64,000 bases of DNA from Macrostomum lignano (Eukaryota). Shown here one piece after another: positions 1 to 14,087 of this stretch; position 1 is the stretch's first letter, and every line of letters begins with the position of its first letter. The position numbers and the translations under genes were made by a program. The stretch lies in assembly GCA_002269645.1 (NCBI GenBank), contig NIVC01001414.1:1-64000 (forward strand). The letters run 5' to 3'. The notes below the pieces were generated by a model that was not told the DNA's origin, made no database searches, and worked only from the letters and a program-made list of their open reading frames with translations.

Positions 1-339
1 TGGCGGCCGGGCTGCTGTTGCCGCTCTGGTAGGCGCTCTCGTCCGAGTCAAAGCTCGCAGCAGCTTTTGGTGCCCTTGGCCGCTTCAGTGGACAGCGGAC
101 CGAGGCTGCCGGCTTTGCCGTTGCTGCCGCTGGGACCTGATTGAGACTCGGAGTCCGGATACACCTTGGTGACCTTGGGCTGGCGGAAAAGCAGCCGCTG
201 GAGTGTTGGATGAGAATGAAGCTTAGTAAAATTATGCACATGCAAGGTGCGAATGGTGGCCAGGTGCGATGAACTGTTAAAGATCACCATCTGTCAGGGA
301 TTTTCATTTCGAGACTAGTCTTTTAGCTACTGTTAGCTA

Positions 340-545
340 CTATTAGTGCCAGTTCGGCGTCTGTTAGTGCCATTTTGCTGTCTATTAGTGCCATTTTGCT
401 GTCTATTAGTGCCTTTTTGCTGTCTATTAGTGCCATTTTCTGTCTATTAGTGCCATTTTGATGTCTATTAGTGCCTTTTTGCTGTCTATTAGTGCCATTT
501 TGCTGTCTATTAGTGCCATTTCAGCGACTTTCAGTGCCATTTCGG
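340..545. repeat. Minisatellite, ~21-bp unit CTATTAGTGCCATTTTGCTGT
   Basis: Direct tandem copies visible, degenerating at both ends. Confidence 0.9.
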
Positions 546-2799
546 CGTCCTTAGTTTCATTTGTCACCTAGCGCTACTGAAGTTTTACAACTTACTGCCA
601 TTTACACATCTTTTTTTCAGTAATTTTGATGTTGACAAGTGCATAAAAAATTGTCAATCAAAGAAGATAAAAAGCTATTTTTGCAAAAGCCTTGAGCGCG
701 TTTTAAATTCTGTATCCATCCACTGCTTCTTTCCTGCTGTACTGCCTGCCCTCCTAGGCGCTTAACCTTCCCCCATAACTCCCTCTTTCTCTCCGATGAC
801 GATAAATAAATTGGTAACAATTCCATTCGCCGTCAGACTCTCTGCAGCAAAACAATGCTTGGCTGCTGCGGCTAAAAGCAAAAAAACAGCCTTCAATTCT
901 GCAGATCTATTGTTGAACCCCTGGCCCAGAGAATAAAAGCAATTTAAAATAATTCCTAATAACAGATTAGAGTGCCTTCATCGGCCCAGCAGCCTCGAAA
1001 TGCCGTTGAAATTGGGGCTTGGTTTCCAATTAAATTGCGAGCTGCAAAAATTAAAATTTCAGCCGACTAGTCTAGAGCAGTTTTATTTATAATTAACGGC
1101 GAAGCTAATAAAAAAATCTTCTAATAATCTTGTGCTCAAGAATAACGATTCAAAATTCAAAGATTTCAGCAACGAACGACCCATGGGAGCGCCAGGTTGA
1201 TTGAAAATCTGAATATTATTCAGACAAACGTGCCTGGATGCTGGTGCCTTGCAAGATCTGACAGAAAGAAAGCCTTGAAAACTAAGTTTTGTTAGCTAAG
1301 AACTCTGGTATTCAGCTGTGAGGCTCAAACGAAGTTCCTGATGATAAATTCATAGATTAGAATCATTCCAACAAGTGCAAATGCACAGTGAAGTGCACTT
1401 GTCTAATGATTAATGAAGTTAGGGCCGCTGTACACTCCTGTGTGAGTGTGTGCCCTGTGCGTGTGACTGCCGGCGGAATGGGCAGCAATGCCTCTCGCCG
1501 GCTGTGTGACAATGTCGCTAGAAGTGCATCAGGGTGCGCACAGGACGTCAATTCGGTGACAAACCCTTCAAACTGGGTCCCAGCGGTGGAGCAGCTTCTA
1601 TGCTTTTTGGAGATTTGTCAGTGCAAACTTTTTTTTCAAGTTTTTTTAATGCATCATCATTTTATATGGTTTTTCCAGTGGGTGAGTGGGTAAGCGCTTT
1701 GGATTGTCTGCACTTTTAGGCAGAAACAACCACTAAACTCATCAAAGTTGCTGCCAGTACTTCCGACACAAAATAATTCATGCTGCAAAGTCTGGGCCAA
1801 TGCAGTCACAAGCTAGCGGATTTGTATTCAGGTATAAACCATTGATCAGCCAACTTTATAAATAAATTGATAGATTTACTTTCTAAAAAACCGATTGTGA
1901 AATTTATTGAAAATTTTGGATACCTTCTTGAGAGCTTTCACCTGACATGCACTATTAATATTCCTGCTTCTCTGCGTCCGGACCAGCAGTTTCACCCTCA
2001 ATTAATCAATATTTTAATTTCGCGGATCCCCATACAGAGGCCACCCAACTGGAGCAGCAGCCATCCCAGCTAAATACTCAGGTGCTCCTTCTCAACTCTT
2101 CAAACCTCACTTTCATCCACCAATCCGCTGGTAATGACGCCACGCTGCTGCAGGGCTGGGGGAGCCTGTCACGTCACAGGCACGCTGCAGTCATCGATAG
2201 CCGATAGGGTGGGAAAAAAGTAAAGTTTTCTATGCCATTACACGTTGGCCTGAAAACAATTGATTTCAGACAGTCTTCAGGCTGGCAGCCAGGTAAATAA
2301 AGTAGAACGTGTAAGGCCTTCAATAGCTACTTAGGCCCAGCTACATGCATTCAGCTTCCCTCCGCCTATTGTTCCCCAGCCAGCAGAGCTGCTAAAAGTC
2401 CACTCTTTGCTCCGCTTCCCAGTTTTACCTCCAACTAATTTCTCTGCCCGTTGCAGTCTTCCCCGTCTCTCTCAGCCTGAGCAGACGGGCTGGAGCTCAG
2501 GTGAGGCGAGGCAGCCGGGACCCGCCGTGCGTTATTTAAGGCGGCGGATATTAAAACCCGTCAACCGGTTTCAAGAGTGCCGTTTGAATTTCTGCTTACT
2601 GCACTCGGCTTCAACTCTACGAGCTTTCTAGGTGCAAACCCGTTGTCTCAATTTTCTATTTATGGCTTCCAAATGCTAAGTTTACAGCACATTTTGAGTG
2701 CTTGATACGTACCAGTGCACACTATTAAGCACAAGGGATAACATAGAAATGCCGTGAGTTTCAACACGAAAAAACGTTATTTCTATAAACCTACTTGCG

Positions 2800-3191
2800 T
2801 CACAGCTCTCCCGGCAGCCATCACAGCTCTCCCGGCAGCCATCAAGCTCTCCCGGCAGCCATCAAGCTCTCCCGGCAGCCATCAAGCTCTCCCGGCAGCC
2901 ATCAAGCTCTCCCGGCAGCCATCAAGCTCTCCCGGCAGCCATCAAGCTCTCCCGGCAGCCATCACAGCTCTCCCGGCAGCCATCAAGCTCTCCCGGCAGC
3001 CATCAAGCTCTCCCGGCAGCCATCACAGCTCTCCCGGCAGCCATCAAGCTCTCCCGGCAGCCATCAAGCTCTCCCGGCAGCCATCACAGCTCTCCCGGCA
3101 GCCATCACAGCTCTCCCGGCAGCCATCACAGCTCTCCCGGCAGCCATCAAGCTCTCCCGGCAGCCATCAAGCTCTCCCGGCAGCCATCACC
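2800..3191. repeat. Minisatellite, 20/21-bp unit CAGCCATCA(C)AGCTCTCCCGG
   Basis: Tandem copies; explains ORFs 2754-3251 and 2795-3196. Confidence 0.95.
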
Positions 3192-4044
3192 TCTGAACTA
3201 ACCTGGCTTAATTCCCATTTTTATATGAAAACGTACCTAATGAACTTATAATCTCCATGCGTATTAAATAGCACAGGCGCTAGCATTCCGTACAATAGTG
3301 CAGAGTGCTGATGCAGCCTAGGACGCTTATCCTGATGCGAGCCTGAGCAACTGCTCACACCGGCTGCGGGATGACGCTGAGCAATGCGGGTGGGTCTGAG
3401 AGAAGCCGCGGCGCCAAGACACGACGGCCAAATCCCTTAGATGGATGGCCTCGCCGTGTGGAAAAAGTGCGGCCTTTACATGCGCCATCCACCCAACGCA
3501 CACACAGCTGAGGCCTTGGCAACAGAGAGCGAGTGAATGCGAGTCAGAGTGCCTCCCCCCCCCACAATGCGATGCTGCACCAGCTCTGGCTTTTTTTTCA
3601 AGGGAAGGCGGTCGGGTCTTTCTCAATTGTTAATCTGAGCGCATTGACGAATGCAGATTTCCTTCTTTGGTTGGGCATGGATAGAGGGGGCAGCGTTGAA
3701 AAACGAGAGGAGCTTTGAGAATCTGAGAGCAGAGATGGAGCTGGATTCTCTCCCAAACCGACTCTGCTGGGCTCAGCTGCTTCCTGCGAGTGACAATGAG
3801 ATGAAAAAGGAAAGGGAGTAAAATTTTAAGCAGAGAAAAAATACTTTTTTTGTCAGACAACACCTGGTTGTGGGTGCAGTTGCTGGTGCGAGAAAGCAGA
3901 TGAGGATTTGAGAATTTCCGAAATATGCAGGTGGGATTTCTTGTTCTTTAATTCATCCAAATCTGGTGTCCACCGTCTTGTAGGCTCCGAGCGTGGCTTA
4001 TTTCTTGGAAGAGTCTAAGAGAGCTCTCATTGGTAGAAGGTGCG

Positions 4045-4985
4045 AAATCATTGATGGAACTGAACTCTCAACCCTGAAGTCATTGATGGAACTGAACTCT
4101 CACCCCTGAAATCATTGATGGAACTGAACTCTCACCCCTGAAATCATTGATGGAACTGAACTCTCACCCCTTAAATCATTGGTGGAACTGAACTCTCACC
4201 CCTGAAGTCATTGATGGAACTGAACTCTCACCCCTGAAGTCATTGATGGAACTGAACTCTCACCCCTGAAGTCATTGATGGAACTGAACTCTCACCCCTG
4301 AAATCATTGATGGAACTGAACTCTCACCCCTGAAGTCTCATCCCTGAAATAATTAATGGAACTGAACTCTCACCCCTGAAGTCTCATCCCTGAAATCATT
4401 GATGGAACTGAACTCTCACCCCTGAACTCTCACCCCTGAAATCATTGATGGAACTGAACTCTCACCCCTGAAATCATTGATGGAACTGAACTCTCACCCC
4501 TGAAGTCTCTTCCCTGAAATCATTGATGGAACTGAACTCTCACCCCTGAAGTCATTGATGGAACTGAACTCTCACCCTGAAGTCTCTTCCCTGAAATCAT
4601 TGATGGAACTGAACTCTCAACCCTGAAATCATTGATGGAACTGAACTCTCACCCCTGAAGTCATTGATGGAACTGAACTCTCATCCCTGAAATCATTGAT
4701 GGAACTGAACTCTCACCCCTGAAGTCATTGATGGAACTGAACTCTCACCCCTGAAGTCTCTTCCCTGAAATCATTGATGGAACTGAACTCTCACCCCTGA
4801 AGTCTCTTCCCTGAAATCATTGATGGAACTGAACTTTCACCCCTAAAATCATTGATAGAACTGAACTCTCACCCCTGAAATCATTGATGGAACTGAACTC
4901 TCACCCCTGAAGTCTCACCCCTGAAATCATTGATGGAACTGAACTCTTACCCCTGAAGTCTCACCCCTGAAATCACTGATAGAAC
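4045..4985. repeat. Minisatellite, 32-bp unit GAAATCATTGATGGAACTGAACTCTCACCCCT with partial-unit insertions
   Basis: CATTGATG recurs at 4081 and 4113 (period 32). Confidence 0.95.
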
Positions 4986-6044
4986 TGAACTCACACCCCA
5001 TAAAACTACTGATAGAGTAAAAACTTCACCCAATGAATCTCATCCTAGGAGATAAATGTCATCCCAGGTGTGTTCTGTTTCAAGCTACCTTGTTTACCTA
5101 CTCAAGCAGCTTTTCTTTCCGGAAGGACAGAAGAACCGTTCACGCACTCTGCCCTAGTTGAATCCCACAGGACTCGCTGTTTCCGACTTCCCATGCCCTG
5201 TCAACTCAATCAATCAATCAGTCAATCAATCAGTTTTTCTGAGGTCTGATAGCTAAGCATGGATTAGTCATTGGACAATTGAAAAGTAGAAAGTAATGTA
5301 GCAAGAGAACTGGTATTATACTGCGATCAACACATGCTGCTGGAAGTGAAGGACGAAAATCTCAACAAAAAACTCATGGGGCCAACCCCTTAGGCACAGA
5401 AGTGTACATCTCTGACGATTAGAAAGTCAGGGCCGCTGTGCTCGTCAGAGGAATGGGCAGAATATTGCCTCTCAGCTCTGGTCCCACTGCGTTCCAGGCG
5501 AGCTTTGCAACCAGCTTTGCCGGACAGGCAACAGTCGAAAACACTCAAGTAAAGAGATGGCAGATGTCAATCCAACTATCAATTAAATTTTAATGCAATA
5601 TCCGGTAGCAGCTGCATTTTAGCGACATCAAGTAGACTTGAATTAATCACAGAAAGGCTTCATCACTTACTGGCCATTTGTCCCCAGATCAATTGCTGGA
5701 ACTGTTTAGACGGAACATGCAGAGAAGAAACAGCAAATTGATTGGACACAGGTGCGAGCAAAACACTTTAGAAATGGTGAATATTTCAGCAGCAGGTTCT
5801 CTTGATAAAAGAATTGTCCAGTTTCTTAATTAGACCAGTCAGTTAGCTAAGAGCATCTATGAAACCTTGTGACGACTCAGAAACAAGAAAATGTTATTAT
5901 TCTTCTCCGATACACTTCTAGTATGACGATCAAATCAAGTGTAGTAGAAGGTGCGCCACTATCCAAGTGGGAAAATAAAAGTTTGTGGCCATTAGGCAAA
6001 CATTCAGTTACCTGTAAGCCAGATTACATGTATGTTCTGAGGAT

Positions 6045-6830
6045 ATCAGAACAGGTATCAGAGAACCAGAACAGGTATCAAGGTGCCAGAACAGGTATCA
6101 TGGTAACCAGAACAGGTATCAGGGTACCAGAACAGGTATCAAGGTGCCAGAACAGGTATCAAGGTGCCAAAACAGGTATCAAGGTGCCAGAACAGGTATC
6201 AGGGAAACCAGAACAGGTGTCAGGGTACCAGAACAGGTATCAAGGTGCCAGAACAGGTATCAAGGTGCCAGAACAGGTATCAAGGTGCCAGACACAGGTA
6301 TCAAGGTGCCAGAACAGGTATCAAGGTGCCAGAACAGGCATCAAGGTGCCAGAACACGTATCAAGGTGCCAGAACAGGTATCAGGGAAACCAGAACAGGT
6401 ATCATGGTAACCAGAACAGGTATCAGGGAACCAGAACAGGTATCAGGGTACCAGAACAGGTGTCAGGGTACCAGAACAGGTATCAAGGTGCCAGAACAGG
6501 TATCAAGGTGCCAGAACACGTATCAAGGTGCCAGAACAGGTATCATGGTAACCAGAACAGGCATCATGGTAACCAGAACAGGTACGAGTATAAGGGAACC
6601 AGGACAGTTATCAGGGAACCAGAACAGGTATCAGGGAACCAGGACAGTTATCAGGGAACCAGAACAGGTATCATGGTAACCAGAACAGGTATCATGGTAA
6701 CCAGAACAGGTATCATGGTAACCAGAACAGGTATCAAGGTGTTAGAACAGGTATCAAGGTGCCAGAAAAGGTATCATGGTAACCAAAACAGGTATCATGG
6801 TAACCAGAACAGGTATCAGGGTTACCAAAA
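6045..6830. repeat. Minisatellite, 20/21-bp unit CCAGAACAGGTATCAAGGTG and variants
   Basis: Tandem copies; explains ORFs 5869-6864, 6144-6410 and 6164-6679. Confidence 0.95.
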
Positions 6831-8369
6831 CATTATTGAAACGACATTATTACAAGTTGATTAAAAAAAACTTCAGCACATTCAGTAGGACTGCCACACC
6901 AAGCCGCTAGCACAGCACAACTAGGACAATAAAACTCCAGTTCTGTCTTGATTAGGAAAGCAAAACTCAGAACGCAGAACGCGTCCAATTTCTATTGACA
7001 ATTGGCCGTTATCATCAAAATAAGTTTTTACTGCCAGACACACAGAGAGCGTCAGTCAGTCAATGCCAGATGCGTTGACAAATATTTTATTAGGGCCACA
7101 GCAGGAAATGACACTGAATCCGTTGAAAAGTCCGTCCGTCTCCCCCAGCAACTATCGGTAATTCTACTCTTAATTCAGGCCTCTCAAAATCTAAATTTAC
7201 CTTAGCCCGCCGAGACCTACCCATGAGTACAGCAGGAGAACAAATATACGAGTTGCTGTGGGATCAGGGGTTTTTTTAGCAGGAAGCGAGGAAGAGAGAA
7301 GAGCTGCTCCGAGATCCGGTCTCCAATTGAATAAATTATTCAGAGTCTCACTCAGAGTCGGGACGCACTTTGAAGACTCAGCTACCAGCTCAAAACTCTC
7401 ATAAGAAGGAAAAGTGGATGACATGCAGGTCCTGCAGCTCACAGGGAAAGTAAAAAAGCACATGCAGCATTCGCACACAGGACCTCGCAATCGCAAAATC
7501 GTCATCAAAATTTCTAATCCACGAGTTAACGACAGAGAAGTGCTCAGCGATGGTATTACATACCATCAGCCGGCAGCTCGGTAACTCAATCACTCACTCA
7601 GCCACTCAATACCTAACTCAGATACTCACTTAGTCTCTTACTCACTCACTCAGTCATTCACTCTGTCAATCAGTCCCTCACTCAGCAACACAGTAGCTGA
7701 GTTACTCAGTCACTCAATCAGACACTCACTAGCTACTCACTCAAAACACTTCTACAACTGCCAGTAACATCCCCTTTTTGACCCACTCATTGACATGGGT
7801 TAATAACGCTCATCGAACGTTGATATTACGAGCACGTCAATCATATTCAGAACGCAGTTAGTACTCGTATAAATTTATAAGCAATTGACAAACTAATCGC
7901 TAGACTAGCACCATCCACTGCATTCCTCTAGTCTCAGAGGAAAGACAGAGGCGGCAGTGAGACCGCGTGTTCAAACACTTCTGTCAACCCTATTGGCACC
8001 TGCAGAGACACTGCAGTTCAGCCTTCGAAAGTGAAAGCAATTGATGGATATTTAAACTTCATTTCTATATTAATGTAGTTTTTTTATTCTTTGATTGCGA
8101 AAATATTTATATTGAAAATGAAAATCCAAAGACAGAGACCGATTGATGTGAGTTTTCATTTCTCTTTTTTCGAGAAATGATTGACAGATAGAATAAAGCA
8201 TAGCTTGGGGGGGAACCAAGACAAAGAGTGCATCGAAGAGGACAGTGAGAGGACTCAGAAAGATGGAGCATCGGCAAATGGAATGCTTGGCACAGCAGCA
8301 GTTGAACTTTTACTTAAGATAAATTGGATCTGATGGCTTTTATTCAGTTTACGTTTCTTTCAGTCAATG

Positions 8370-8910
<541 letters not shown>

Positions 8911-10569
8911 GATCTGTCTTTCCGCCTTTCTGCCGAAATTTCAATTACACAAACCGGTAATGCACAGACATTCACTCACCTTTGCCACCATAGACCTGGT
9001 GGTGGAGTTCTGTCCTCCTGTATTGGACATCACGGACGGATCGCTTCAAGGCGAACACTGATTGCAGGCGGCTCTCTTGCAGTTAACAGCGGCAGTCCAG
9101 GCGTGCAGCGCTGGCCACGGGCATCGGGAGAAACCGGAGAGGCGTGACGTCAGATTCACAGCGCGTCTCTTGTCAGCCTGCTCCAGACAATTCAACGGCT
9201 AAGATGGGCGGCCAGGCAAAATTGAAGAAGAGAAGGCGATGGAGGAGAGGAGGTCGCCTAGCTCAGCTTCTCATGAAGTGGCGGACCATCTCAGCGAAAC
9301 CGGCTGGGTTGCCAGGCGATGGCAACTTTCCCATTTCTATCGCCCTCTCGCCGCTTGTCCGCCTGTCTCTGTCCGTCTGTCTGGCCTCGGCGAATGGGAG
9401 CTTGCGGCGAACCTCCCCTCCCCTCCCCTTTCCCCTCTATGTGATGCAGCATTATTTTAAGAGCCAAAATTCAGAACCGATAATTCTGGTTGGCTAACAG
9501 CCCATTCTTCTCCATCCTACTCAATCCTATAGCTCACCTATAGCTCACTCCCTCACGTACTTCCAGGTTCAAGCTTTAAACAGCCACTCAGATATCATTG
9601 TGTCAGCATCGAGACGTATAGACTGTCCTCGGAGTGGCAGAGACAGGAATGAGATACCGGCCTTCTCAGGGCTCTCTCTACATCTCAGTTCTAAACTCAA
9701 ACATTTCATATATTCTAGTGAAGAAAATTTAGATTGTAAAAATATTGCGTATTTATCTAATCGATAAAATCGTTTTTTCGTTATTTCTCCACAAATATCT
9801 CGCAGGTTTGTAGCTTCTAAAATAAAAACATTGGTTTAGGGAACACGTGATATTCTAGGACATGACACAAGTAAAGCTGAGCTTGAACATCAAAATCTGA
9901 GGCACTGAGAGTCACCAAGCAGGCGTCAGCAGCAGCACCCTCTTCACCGGCTCTGGGCAGTAACGTCTCAGCACGGTTGATGCGACCTACCAGCTGGAGT
10001 TGCCGATGCATTGATGACTCGCTTGTCACAAATCTTAAAGATGCTTGATACATACAGGACGCAATCTTCAATGACAAACATGAGACATTTGATAACTCTC
10101 AAGAAAAACGAAATACAACACAAGCAAGCCCAAATCCTCGTGGAATTCAGAAATTTAACAGATTTTATTTATCGATGAAATTATTCATCAACTTAAAAAA
10201 GAAACACTTAAAATTAAAAAATATATTCGATTTAGGCCGAGAACAACAGTCTATTTACCTCTAATCCTACCTTAGAGACACCTGAAAAGTTCTATGGAAC
10301 CTACGAGTTTTAGAGCTCAAGAGCGAACTCCGTCCCTTTTGGCAACTTTGAAAATAAAAATGCCAAGCTGTACTTCGTCTGCCACTGCCCGGCCTTCAAC
10401 CGAGACCGACTCAACTACCTCGGGAGCAACCGTCCATGGACGATGCCTGCCCCAACCCTCCCTCGAGTTCCTCGGGGGTCGCCAGACGAGTCTTCACCAC
10501 CGGCAGGGAGGTTCGGCAGAACGGCAAAACAGGGTTTGCAAACGTTTTACCTGAAGTGCCGGATGGAGA

Positions 10570-10880
10570 ATCTAGCACATGACTGCGGGCGATAAGAGGT
10601 GAGAGAGGAGTGGAATAGGAGAGAGAAGAGGAGACAGCAGATAAGGGAGAGGAGAGGAGATGAGAGAAGGAAGAGAAGAGAAGGGAGAGGAGAAGAGATG
10701 AGAGAAGGAAGAGGAGATGAGGGAGAGGAGAGGAGATGAGAGAAGGAAGAGAAGAGAAGGGAGAGGAGAAGAGATGAGAGAAGGAAGAGAAGAGAAGGGA
10801 GATGAGAAGAGATGAGAGAAGGAAGAGGAGAGAAGGGAGAGGAAAGGAGATGAGAGAGAAGAGAGCAGAGAGGAGACAAA
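10570..10880. repeat. Purine-rich (AG) low-complexity tract preceded by the motif AATCTAGCACATGAC
   Basis: The same motif precedes the AG tract near 56778, inside a hAT-like MITE. Confidence 0.7.
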
Positions 10881-12324
10881 CTTTGAGAGAGCCGGATTGC
10901 TATTGCGAAGTTTAGAATGGCGTAGCGCCTTCCACAACATGGTCTCCTTCAGCGACATGGTCTCCTTCAGCGACATGGTCTCCTTCAGCGACATGGTCTC
11001 GCAACCAGCTCTGGGGCAAAATTCTGCCATTCCGCTGACTCCCGAGCGCTAACAGACGCGCCAATACTGCACGCAGGCAGGCACTCACACACGCTCAGAA
11101 TGGGTGTACAGCGGTGGCCCTGACTGTCTAACCATCAGGCATGTACACTGTGTGCCTTGGGGGTTGGCCCCGTGGATCATACAAAAAATGAGGCAGAAGA
11201 AATGCCATTTCAGCATGCAGCAAGCAAACATTTGCTGCAAGTAAAGTCTTCTTCTTCTTTTGCATGAAAGAAGACTAGACAAAAAGGCCAATGAGCCTGA
11301 GAGCAGAGACAGTCTGAACTGCAATGCCTACCATTGTTTGCGAGAATAAACAGTGCAAGCATAAAGCTTCAGTCCTGAGCAGCGCACCTGTACTCACTCT
11401 TGAATTCCGCTCAGTGGCGGAGTCTTGAGACAGAAGTGCACACAGAGGCCATCAGCTGTTTGAGGTAAAGCGATAAATGAGTTGTTCTTAAGACTGAGTG
11501 CAGACATGACCTTCTAGCGACCTGGACTTGAGCATTTTCAAGTCTCTCTACGTACATTGCAGAAACAAAATTAAATTCAATTCGTCATCAACAACACACC
11601 TTCGGATGCTGGCAAGTCGTGAGCAAAAAAATTTCCCTATTATCCCTAATCCCACGGAAATCCCATCCGCAGATTAGGCAGAAAATGCATTGAGTGGCTG
11701 ACCAAAAAACTGCTCTCAACACTGCACGCTGCATCAGAGGCCTCTTGAAGCTGCCGATTGAGTTGCAGCTTCTCCATCCATTTGGCATCCGCGGAGACAG
11801 CCAATTGATGGAGCAGCGAGTGAGCTTTAGTCCTGGCCATGAGCATGAGCACACACTCAGAGACGGCTAAGAACAAAACACGTACAAAAGGCGTCTTTTT
11901 TGTATCCATGACAACAAAGCATTTTAAGCCTCTACAAAAAACGATTTTTCCAAGTCTTCCACATTTTTATTCAGTTTAAATAGTGAAAACATCTGAGAGA
12001 AAATTCATTCCAAAAAATCAATTAGATATCTGTGCATTAAAAGTTATTTAACGGACTCTGATTTTTAAATTGAGTGTCCAGATCAATATAAACATATTGC
12101 ACCCGGCTGGTCTAAATTTCTCATAACGCAATGCAGGTTCACTGTTCTCTGAAAGAATATCTGCAGTTTTACAAAAGAAGTTAGCCAATGTAAAATAGTG
12201 TGCATTGTAACAAGGTATGGATATACTACTTACTATAGTAACGTAATTGAATTCTTATCTCTTCGTATCAGCAACATTTCAGTGGCTTATTGCTGAAATT
12301 GTAGGAAAAAGGAGATACGGTAGA

Positions 12325-13290
12325 GAGAGGGAAAGCATAGAAGGAGAGGGGAGATAGGGATTGGAGGAGAGTGTAGATGGGGAAGGGAGGAGAGGGGAGA
12401 TAGGGAAGGGAGGAGAGTGTAGATGGGGAAGGGAGGAGAGGGGAGATGGGGAAGGGAGGAGAGGGGAGATGGGGAAGGGAGGAGAGGGGAGATGGGGAAG
12501 GGAGGAGAGGGGAGATGGGGAAGGGAGGAGAGGGGAGATGGGGAAGGGAGGAGAGGGGAGATGGGGAAGGGAGGAGAGGGGAGATGGGGAAGGGAGGAGA
12601 GGGGAGATAGGGATTGGAGGAGAGTGTAGATGGGGAAGGGAGGAGAGGGGAGATAGGGATTGGAGGAGAGTGTAGATGGGGAAGGGAGGAGAGGGGAGAT
12701 AGGGAAGGGAGGAGAGTGGAGATGGGGAAGGGAGGAGAGGGGAGATGGGGAAGGGAGGAGAGGGGAGATGGGGAAGGGAGGAGAGGGGAGATAGGGAAGG
12801 GAGGAGAGTGGAGATGGGGAAGGGAGGAGAGGGGAGATGGGGAAGGGAGGAGAGGGGAGATAGGGATTGGAGGAGAGTGTAGATGGGGAAGGGAGGAGAG
12901 GGGAGATGGGGAAGGGAGGAGAGGGGAGATAGGGAAGGGAGGAGAGTGGAGATGGGGAAGGGAGGAGAGGGGAGATGGGGAAGGGAGGAGAGGGGAGATA
13001 GGGAAGGGAGGAGAGTGGAGATGGGGAAGGGAGGAGAGGGGAGATGGGGAAGGGAGGAGAGGGGAGATAGGGAAGGGAGGAGAGTGGAGATGGGGAAGGG
13101 AGGAGAGGGGAGATGGGGAAGGGAGGAGAGGGGAGATAGGGAAGGGAGGAGAGTGGAGATGGGGAAGGGAGGAGAGGGGAGATGGGGAAGGGAGGAGAAG
13201 GGAGATAGGGAAGGGAGGAGAGTGGAGATGGGGAAGGGAGGAGAGGGGAGATGGGGAAGGGAAGAGAGAGGGATAGGAAAGGGAGGAGGG
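12325..13290. repeat. Purine-rich minisatellite, ~23-bp unit GGGGAGATGGGGAAGGGAGGAGA
   Basis: Tandem copies; explains the P/S-rich and G/E/R-rich ORFs. Confidence 0.95.
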
Positions 13291-13752
13291 CAGATTTAGA
13301 GATTGCATTAGAGTATTGCCTGTGACTTCAGATATTTTTGCATTGGTATTCTGATTAAAACCAAACTTGAGACAAACTTTAAACGTTTCTGCTTCAGTTT
13401 TGCGATTGCAGGGGCATCGAAGGAAGCCTCGAAGGCCTGCAGGTCATCAATGTTGGCTTCGTTTACCTCAGAAGGCATCCATCAGCTGGCCAGCGGTTGA
13501 TTCAGTGAATTTCTAAACTACTCATTTCGCAATTCGCCTCCTGGTTTCTGGATCTGCCAAATTCCCAAATCATCATGTCACAGTGCTCTCATCTCCGTTC
13601 TCATTTCGTAGAACTCGTGGAGTTTCCAGCTGTGGGCTTGTGAAAGCACTCACTGACTACTGTTGAGTAGCAGTTCGAGTTTTGTAGTTGAGTCTGAGCA
13701 GAACACTAAATTAACAATACGATAATGTAATGTGCCCCAGCTGTTTATGTTT

Positions 13753-13908
13753 TGTTGCATTCTTTTAAATAAATAAGAATGATATTGATTGTCCAAGGCT
13801 CCTAACTGAGCCAAAACCAAGAAAACAAGTATCGCCCTCTGGCGTGCACCAGGTCTATTTATAGACTTATCAAAAATGGGGTGGCACAAAGAAAAGTCCA
13901 CCGTCACA
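13753..13908 (-). repeat. 3' LTR (156 bp)
   Basis: Reads TGTGACGG...TGCAACA on the minus strand, preceded by purine-rich GGTGGAGGG. Differs from the 5' LTR by 1 substitution and 2 homopolymer indels. Confidence 0.95.
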
Positions 13909-14087
13909 CCCTCCACCAAAAGATCGAAGCCGGAAAAATCGCAAGCCAAAAATCAATCGCAGGGTCACGCAAAGTTCGGATATGTCTTACAAAAAAAACA
14001 ATGCAAACTTGGCCACTAACGACTTTAATAAAAGTTAAATCGCTCAGTCAGTCTCTAAATCACTTGGTCAGTCACTAAATCACTTAG

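Noticed and set aside
4045-4985. 32-bp repeats of CRISPR-like length (also the 52-bp array at 33149-33985)
   Set aside because: Head-to-tail tandem units with no unique spacers; ordinary minisatellites.
1415-5480. Short dispersed similarity (AGGGCCGCTGT...GAATGGGCAG...GCCTCTC) at ~1420 and ~5430
   Set aside because: Too short and gapped to define an element.
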